NCBI GenBank assembly: GCA_963692865.2 | Contig: OY843592.1 | Coordinates: 2,080,001 to 2,144,000 of the forward strand | DNA length: 64,000 nt | Direction of reading: 5' to 3' | From: a bacterium | GTDB taxonomy: Bacteria > UBA8248 | Shown here: positions 57,818 to 64,000 of the stretch, one piece after another | How positions within the stretch are numbered: the stretch's first letter is position 1 | Layout: the number at the start of each line of letters is the position of its first letter | Position numbers and translations under genes: made by a program | Notes under the pieces: generated by a model | What the model was told of the DNA's origin: nothing | What the model saw: only the letters and a program-made list of their open reading frames with translations | The model's database searches: none

Positions 57818-58180
57818 ATGAGCGAAAATGCTACAGGAAGCAGGCCTCCATATATTCCGGGAACCCCCGAGGAACTGGACGCCGTAATCGCGGCTCCCGA
57901 CAATCACGAAATTGTTTTTGAAAACGAGCGGGTTCGCGTTTTGCGCGTGACGATTCAGCCGGGCGAACTGGAAAAAGAACACACGCACAAATGGGAGAGC
58001 GTGTTCACCATTATGAGTTTTCCGAAACTCACCTATTACAACGAGAAGGGCGAGGCCTGCGCCATCAGCGAAGATCGCAAAGAAGGTGTTCCTTTCTGGT
58101 TGGGAAGAGAGGGTCTGCATGCCGTCGAGAATCACGGGGACAAACCCCTCGAAGCAATTCGCGTCGAAATCAAAGACTAG
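57818..58180 (+). CDS. Cupin-fold protein
   Basis: FENERVRVL, HTHKW, LHAVEN, IRVEIK. Confidence 0.8.
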   Translation: MSENATGSRPPYIPGTPEELDAVIAAPDNHEIVFENERVRVLRVTIQPGELEKEHTHKWESVFTIMSFPKLTYYNEKGEACAISEDRKEGVPFWLGREGLHAVENHGDKPLEAIRVEIKD

Positions 58181-58291
58181 TTTTGGGCATTTTAGCGATT
58201 TTATGCACTTGGTTTGATTACCCGCTGAGAAGGGAAATCAGTCCGGTTCAAGACTCAAAATAATTCCATCGTACATATCAGGGAGTAATGA

Positions 58292-59413
58292 ATGAACACG
58301 GAAAATGGAAAAAGAGCGCCCATCGGATTGGCTATTGTAGGTTGTGGGACGATTGGTAAAATCCGCGCTGAATTTGCCCGTGATTATCCGGGCGTCGAGT
58401 GGCTGGGTCTTTGCGACATCAATCAGCAAGTGGGCAGAAAACTCGCCGATGAAACAAAAGCCGATTTTTTCACCACGGACTTCAAGGAACTCCTGGCTCG
58501 TCCCGAGGTGACGGCATCCATCATCGCCACCGAGGAGAACGAGCACGTAGGCCCCATATTGGCTTCTGTCGAACACGGCCACGCCCTGTTCATCGAAAAG
58601 CCGCTGGCTACGAATGCGGCCGATTCGGCCCGGGTTCTCAAAGCCATCGAAGACGCCGGACTCGATGCGGTCGTCGGCTATACGCAGCGTTTCAGAAGGC
58701 GGTTTCTGGTCGCGAAAGAAAAGATTCGCACCGGCCAGCTTGGCGATGTCACCACGGTCGTCACGAGAGCTTTCATGAACCGTCTGGTACCCATCGCCAC
58801 GGTGGAGAAAACGGAATACCGCGGCATACTCACGCCGATGGTCGTCTCGGGGACGCACAGCCTCGATATCTGCATGTGGTTGATGGAAGGGAAAACGCCC
58901 GTCGAAATATACGCGCGCTCCATGGACAAGGCGCTCGGCGCATCCTATGGCACCAAGGACGCGACTTTAGGCATCTTCACCTTTGATGACGGCACGATAT
59001 GGAGCATGAACATCTCATGGGCGCTGCCGACGGTTTGGCCCGGTTCCGTCTATAGCCTGGAAATCGGCATCGTGGGCACGGAGGGCGTTCTCACCATCGA
59101 CGACACGCATCGGGATCTCGTTCTCGCCAGTGAGAACGCGCAACCCGCAGGCTACACGCCCGATGTGAAGCGAAACGTGGATTTTCTCACGAGTTATCCG
59201 CCTGGAGACGTTGTTTTCGAACAACTTTGGGGTCCGATGCGGGAAGAGACCAACGCCTGGTTCGGGCGCGTGTACACTGGGCTGGACACGCCGCACGCCA
59301 CCGTGCAGGACGGACACCGGAATCTGCTGCTCACCATGGCGATGGACGTTTCCGCGAAACGAAAAGAGCCGGTTCCGTTGCCCATGCCTATCAGTGAGTA
59401 CGAGGAATCATAG
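58292..59413 (+). CDS. Gfo/Idh/MocA oxidoreductase
   Basis: VGCGTIG, FIEKP, VGYTQRF, GTH. Confidence 0.9.
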   Translation: MNTENGKRAPIGLAIVGCGTIGKIRAEFARDYPGVEWLGLCDINQQVGRKLADETKADFFTTDFKELLARPEVTASIIATEENEHVGPILASVEHGHALFIEKPLATNAADSARVLKAIEDAGLDAVVGYTQRFRRRFLVAKEKIRTGQLGDVTTVVTRAFMNRLVPIATVEKTEYRGILTPMVVSGTHSLDICMWLMEGKTPVEIYARSMDKALGASYGTKDATLGIFTFDDGTIWSMNISWALPTVWPGSVYSLEIGIVGTEGVLTIDDTHRDLVLASENAQPAGYTPDVKRNVDFLTSYPPGDVVFEQLWGPMREETNAWFGRVYTGLDTPHATVQDGHRNLLLTMAMDVSAKRKEPVPLPMPISEYEES

Positions 59414-59441
59414 GTCTTCCAACGAACGGAGAGGAATACGC

Positions 59442-59822
59442 ATGCCTTTTTATGAAATTGAAGGGATGAAGGAGAGCAACAGCAAGACGAATCCCAAATT
59501 CAGGGCGAAAAGCGTTGAGGGCGAATTCATGAAGGTCGGTATAGTCACTAAGCCGGAAGGAGAGGATCCTCCGCTTCATATGCACCCGGACGAAGAGCAG
59601 TTTACGCTGATTCTGGATGGCAAGCTGCACTATATACTTGGTGAAGAAGATAAGATTGTTGAGCGTGGCGATTTGATTCACATTCCCAGGTATACGAACC
59701 ACAGCAGCCGAGCCGTTGATGGGGAAGCCACTTACTACACCGTGAAGTTTCAGGCTGGAACGGGAGACCTGGATGAGGATTACAACAAGGCAAAAGGGGC
59801 CGAGGAAGCAGAGAAGAAATAA
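59442..59822 (+). CDS. Cupin-domain protein
   Basis: LHMHPDEEQ, GDLIHIPRYTNH. Confidence 0.85.
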   Translation: MPFYEIEGMKESNSKTNPKFRAKSVEGEFMKVGIVTKPEGEDPPLHMHPDEEQFTLILDGKLHYILGEEDKIVERGDLIHIPRYTNHSSRAVDGEATYYTVKFQAGTGDLDEDYNKAKGAEEAEKK

Positions 59823-59863
59823 CCAGGAACCTCGGTTTCACATGGGATTGGATAATCGTGTCT

Positions 59864-60322
59864 ATGGAAGAAAAATACTTTGAGGATTTCAGGGTTGGGG
59901 AGAAGTTTCATACAAAAGAGAAAACGCTCTCGACCGAAGAAATCATAGAATTCGCCGAGTTGTACGACCCGCAGCCGTTCCATGTTGACGAGAAAGCGGC
60001 GGCCGAGTCTGCATACGGCGGCATCATCGCCAGCGGGTTCCATACGATCGGGACTTCGTTTCGTCTGTTTATCGATACGGGCGTTATCGGGACCACGGGC
60101 ATGGGCTCTCCCGGCATGGATTCCATCCGCTGGCTGAAGCCTGTTCGCCCCGGAGACACCTTGCGGGTCGAAGCGGAGGTCATGGAGACAAGAGCCTCCC
60201 GCTCGGAACCCGGGCGCGGGATTGTCCTCATGGAATTCAGGACATTCAACCAGGAAAACGAACTGGTGCTTTCGATGCGGTCCGTGAATTTGGTGCGCAG
60301 ACGAGACAGCGGAAATATATAG
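59864..60322 (+). CDS. MaoC-family dehydratase
   Basis: YFEDF, YDPQPFHVD, IASGFHT, WLKPVRPGD. Confidence 0.92.
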   Translation: MEEKYFEDFRVGEKFHTKEKTLSTEEIIEFAELYDPQPFHVDEKAAAESAYGGIIASGFHTIGTSFRLFIDTGVIGTTGMGSPGMDSIRWLKPVRPGDTLRVEAEVMETRASRSEPGRGIVLMEFRTFNQENELVLSMRSVNLVRRRDSGNI

Positions 60323-60455
60323 GCAAAAGTCATGTGGTACGTTCACACAGGACGCTTGCAATTAAGGCAAAGAGGAGAGCCTTTTCCTCATCGACCGTCT
60401 ATGAATGGAAACTGCTGATGCTCTTCACCTCCAGGGTGTTCAAAATCCCTGATTC

Positions 60456-61109
60456 TTAGTGGTGGGCATGCGTCATCGCCGCCATGATTGCCTGCTCGAT
60501 TTCCTGGATCGCCCCACTGACTTCACGTCCGATGAGGTCCAGCTTGCGTATCTGATCGATACGGGGACGGATCCGATTGATCTCCTTGCCGGAAAACACA
60601 TCACGCAGAATGTTGCATGCGTCGGCAAGGCAGATAATCGCAACATCTTTGGGATCCGGCGTTTCATCCGATAGCAACACGCCGGTGATGCGCAGCTTCA
60701 CTTCGCGCTCGGCGCGGCCATCGATCGTCGGATATCTCCGCGCCCGGAAGACCCACAGGAACTTTTCCTCCTGGGATTCCAGAATGCCGGTATCGACCAA
60801 ACTGGCAAGGGACTGCTCGCGGATTTCACTGGCCTCCCGTGAAATAGTTTCAATCCAGGCTTTTGTATCCTTGGTTTCTGCGGAAGCCGCTATATTTTCG
60901 AGAATCCGATCATGCGCCGGGTGGCCAAGCGGGGTATTGTCCAGAACCATCAACTGTCCGGGGTCGGTATCGATGCGGTTTGCAAACGCCAGATCCATCA
61001 AGACAGCGCCTGCAAGCACATACCCCATCGTACTTTCGCGAATGGGCAGGAACGAACCTTTCTCGTCATCCAGCATCAGCAACAAGATTTCATCGACGAA
61101 TGTCAGCAT
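60456..61109 (-). CDS. GOLPH3/VPS74 (GPP34) family protein
   Basis: DEILLLMLDDEKG, LAGAVLMDLA, LVDTGIL...KFLWVF..RYP. Confidence 0.85.
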   Translation of the reverse strand: MLTFVDEILLLMLDDEKGSFLPIRESTMGYVLAGAVLMDLAFANRIDTDPGQLMVLDNTPLGHPAHDRILENIAASAETKDTKAWIETISREASEIREQSLASLVDTGILESQEEKFLWVFRARRYPTIDGRAEREVKLRITGVLLSDETPDPKDVAIICLADACNILRDVFSGKEINRIRPRIDQIRKLDLIGREVSGAIQEIEQAIMAAMTHAHH

Positions 61110-61120
61110 GGAGCGCTCCT

Positions 61121-61459
61121 TTATGAAATCGCCGCGAGGGCTGCTTCACGGGTGTCGTGGCAATCGATTACGGTATGGAAACCGCTGGTTTCTATCACCG
61201 CCTTGCAGTCGGGTTGTAGCGCGCAGATCATCAATTTGCCGCCGCTTTGCTGGCACGCTCTGGCGCCTGTGAGAAATATGCGCAGGCCGGCGCTGCTGAC
61301 GTATGACATTGCTGCGCAATCAAGCAGAACATGCGCATCACCACGGTCGACGATTTCTGAAATCCGGTTTTCCAGTTCCGGCGCGGTGGTGCCGTCGACA
61401 CGCCCTTCAATGGTAATGACGACTGCGGAATCCGCTTTTTCTTCCCTGATGTTCATCAT
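61121..61459 (-). CDS. STAS-domain anti-sigma-factor antagonist
   Basis: GRVDGTTA; YVSSAGLR phosphorylation motif. Confidence 0.9.
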   Translation of the reverse strand: MMNIREEKADSAVVITIEGRVDGTTAPELENRISEIVDRGDAHVLLDCAAMSYVSSAGLRIFLTGARACQQSGGKLMICALQPDCKAVIETSGFHTVIDCHDTREAALAAIS

Positions 61460-61584
61460 GGCGTGATGTTCTCCTGAATGGCTAATGCAATTTAGGGTTC
61501 ATTCCAAATGTAGTCCAACGTCTGATTGCTTGCAACTTATTTTTCCCCTCTGGAACATTGAGCAATCATTGATGTCGAAATGTC

Positions 61585-62481
61585 TTACTCGTTGAGAATC
61601 AGAATAACCGTTCCGAGGAAAATGGTGCCTGCACCCGCCATGACGCGCCAGTTCATTCTCTCTTCCGATTGAAGAAAAGCCCATGATATCGCTATGGCGA
61701 ACAAAGGCCTTGATTGCGAGATGGGAAAAGCGTAGACGACGGGCGCATTCGCCAGCGCGAGATATAAGAAGGTGACGCCGAGGCTGGCTGAAAGCCCAGC
61801 CAGAACGAGAAACCCCCAGTTGCCGGGAGTCCAGTTCTTGATTTCACCGATTTTCCCTCTGCGAAAGAGAAAGGGCATAAAGGCCCCTACCGCGAAGATA
61901 TTGGAATAGAAGTTCGCCTCGTTCGGGGAGGTGAAAAACCCCACCGCCGGTCGCACAAGCACTGCGGCCGCTCCGAAAGCCAGCGCGCATCCGAGAGCCA
62001 ATCCCATTCCGACGTACGGATTTTTGCGGGATTCTCCCTTCTTCTGATTGGTGTGACTCCTGGCGATGAAGATATATCCGGCAAAAACCAGGAGGGCGCC
62101 GGTCCCGATATTGAACGTGAGCGCCTCTCCCAGAAAAGCGATGCCGAAGAATACGGCGAATATCAGATTCGTGGCGACAATGGTGCTCGTGCGCGCGGAG
62201 CCGATGTGTTGGGTGGCGGCAAAGAGCATGGTGCGGGCGAAGCAGACCCTGAAAATCCCCGCGATGGCGATGAAAGTAAGAGGCCAGCCGAAGCCCGGCC
62301 AGGGGTCTGAATAATCTCCTCTCAAAACAGAGACAATCCAGAGAACGGGCAGGCCGATGATGGCCGTGAACGCCGTGCCGGTGATGGGGTCTATGTCACG
62401 AACCGCGAAGCGACCGAAGATATCCCTTAGCGCAAGCAAAATTGCTGATATGAGCGCGTATACGGCGGCTGTCTCAAACAC
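61585..62481 (-). CDS. EamA/DMT family transporter
   Basis: About 10 TM segments in two repeats; FLGE; start uncertain. Confidence 0.85.
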   Translation of the reverse strand: MFETAAVYALISAILLALRDIFGRFAVRDIDPITGTAFTAIIGLPVLWIVSVLRGDYSDPWPGFGWPLTFIAIAGIFRVCFARTMLFAATQHIGSARTSTIVATNLIFAVFFGIAFLGEALTFNIGTGALLVFAGYIFIARSHTNQKKGESRKNPYVGMGLALGCALAFGAAAVLVRPAVGFFTSPNEANFYSNIFAVGAFMPFLFRRGKIGEIKNWTPGNWGFLVLAGLSASLGVTFLYLALANAPVVYAFPISQSRPLFAIAISWAFLQSEERMNWRVMAGAGTIFLGTVILILNE

Positions 62482-62537
62482 CCCCGCATTATAAGAAAAG
62501 TAAGTAGGCGCATCAAAGCGTTTTTGTGGCTTGAACG

Positions 62538-63512
62538 TTAAATACTTACCGCAGGGACAGGGTGCTGTGCGCGCTCGAGAATGAAATCGGCCATCAACGG
62601 CCAAGGGTCGAATCCGATCACATTCTGCGCATCGTCCACGAAATTGGAGAGCGCATTGATGTCGTAATAATATATTTCTCCATCCTTATCGCTGACCAGA
62701 TATTCGACGCCGCCGACTTCTATCCCGGCTGTTTGCATGATCTTCTCAACCGTCTCTATCACCTCTTGCGGGGGTGTGACCTTCTCAATCAATGCGTTCC
62801 TGCCGTTTACCCCGCATGCGACCTCTTCGTTGCGGCGGCAATAACTGCCAGGACAGAGATTGAAGGAATTCGGATCCACCAAAGCCAATTGAATCGCGTA
62901 AAGAAACTCACCGTTCAAAACTTCGACTCGGACAATTTGCTCTCCGCGCGGCGGGATGTATTCCTGAACGAGCGCCACACTGTCGATGCCGAAATCAATA
63001 CTCGCTGCATTCGCTGCTCGCTGGAGTTCTTCGGGCGTATCGTATTTTTGTATGCCAGCTCCACTCCCGCCGATGTTCGCCTTGGTGATGACGGGAAAGC
63101 TGAATCCCTCGGCTGCAGCCGGAGCCTGGGAGGGATGGTTTATCACCCGCGATTTCGGATGGTTGGCGCCCAAGTTCTTGAGCAGACGGGTTTGGCGTAC
63201 TTTTGAGAATTCATGAAGATAGGCTTCGTAGCCGTTGATAACGTTGGCGCCGATCGCCTTGAGATGCGCGCAATACTCGAGCGTGTAGGGAATCGCGTGG
63301 GTATGCCCACGCGCCCAGGCAGATGGACTCATGCGGTTTACAATCACAGAATAAGGCGATTGTGTTTCCGCGGGGTCGAAGCGGTGGTTGTGGGCTTCTA
63401 TTTTTTGATATGCGATATCCCGCCGGTCGAGTTCATCGAAAAGTTTTTTGAACCACTCGGGGTGTTCATAATAAATGGCGATCGGGCGGGCGGATCCGTT
63501 TTGGTCACTCAT
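62538..63512 (-). CDS. RimK-like ATP-grasp protein
   Basis: VNRMSPS, PVITKANIGGSGAGI, VQEYIP, FNLCP, YDINALSNF. Confidence 0.85.
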   Translation of the reverse strand: MSDQNGSARPIAIYYEHPEWFKKLFDELDRRDIAYQKIEAHNHRFDPAETQSPYSVIVNRMSPSAWARGHTHAIPYTLEYCAHLKAIGANVINGYEAYLHEFSKVRQTRLLKNLGANHPKSRVINHPSQAPAAAEGFSFPVITKANIGGSGAGIQKYDTPEELQRAANAASIDFGIDSVALVQEYIPPRGEQIVRVEVLNGEFLYAIQLALVDPNSFNLCPGSYCRRNEEVACGVNGRNALIEKVTPPQEVIETVEKIMQTAGIEVGGVEYLVSDKDGEIYYYDINALSNFVDDAQNVIGFDPWPLMADFILERAQHPVPAVSI

Positions 63513-63961
63513 GGGAGCGCATTCTCCTCGAATTTTAGGGTATCGAGCACTTGCTGGATTCGTTCGTCGACAATCTCGATCATCTTGGGATGAAAGCCGA
63601 GGTGCGGACCCAAAATGATGTCGATAGCCGGATATTTCCTCCTGCCTTCTTTAATGAAGACGGGCAAGTCTACGGCCACGTGGTTGCCCCTGAAGAGGAA
63701 ATAGGGAATGACGATGATTCTTTCGGTCCCTTCATCTACGCACGAATCGATTCCCTCGGGTATGGAGGGATGGCTGATCTCCAGAAACGCGGCCTTCAAA
63801 ATGCGATGCGGCCAAGCCTTTTGAAAATGCTCTACGACGCGGAAAAGCGCATCGTTGGCGTTTCGGGCGCGGCTGCCGTGCCCGACGAGCAAGACCGCCG
63901 TTTTTACCTGATCCCTGAGAGTCTCCTCCAGAAATTCCAATTGTTTTTCTAGGCCAGGCAT
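63509..63961 (-). CDS. Sirohydrochlorin chelatase (short CbiX/SirB type)
   Basis: VGHGSR, AFLE, PYFLFRGNH...DLP, HLG. Confidence 0.9.
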   Translation of the reverse strand: MPGLEKQLEFLEETLRDQVKTAVLLVGHGSRARNANDALFRVVEHFQKAWPHRILKAAFLEISHPSIPEGIDSCVDEGTERIIVIPYFLFRGNHVAVDLPVFIKEGRRKYPAIDIILGPHLGFHPKMIEIVDERIQQVLDTLKFEENALP

Positions 63962-64000
63962 TCGCCTTCTCCTCTCTCCAGCACGTATTGCCTGTTCTGA

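Noticed and set aside
1-64000. Genome-wide reassignment of UGA to Trp or Gly
   Set aside because: Many genes clearly end in TGA at family-typical lengths, Trp is encoded by TGG, and the four internal UGAs align only with catalytic Cys positions.

Overview
A GC-rich (roughly 55-65%) bacterial chromosomal region with about 65 CDSs, mostly metabolic and redox genes. These include two IlvD/Edd dehydratases, an LLM monooxygenase with FMN reductase, a TRAP transporter, queC, priA, metX, hpnCDE, a cold-shock protein, cobB and three tandem acetamidase/formamidase paralogues. There are also two tRNAs (Asn-GTT, Val-CAC), a PIN-type toxin-antitoxin pair and two nested MITE/REP composites. No CRISPR, rRNA, prophage or intact transposase was seen. 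The main result the ORF track hides is four genes split by an in-frame UGA exactly at the catalytic Cys position, each followed by a SECIS-like hairpin, so four probable selenoproteins. They are a DipZ/TlpA-like thioredoxin heading a cytochrome b/Tat-molybdoenzyme operon, two DsbA/FrnE-like proteins, and a DUF442/phosphatase-fold sulfurtransferase-like protein. Other notable items are a protein ending in an archaeal/eukaryotic ribosomal eL13-like domain, a Nudix-HpnC-HpnD triple fusion, a MetX-NIL fusion, a 1-kb single-gene cassette bounded by a 28-bp duplication of a gene 3' end, and phased direct repeats upstream of an AAA+/DUF4143 ATPase. All family assignments come from motif recognition by eye, not database searches.
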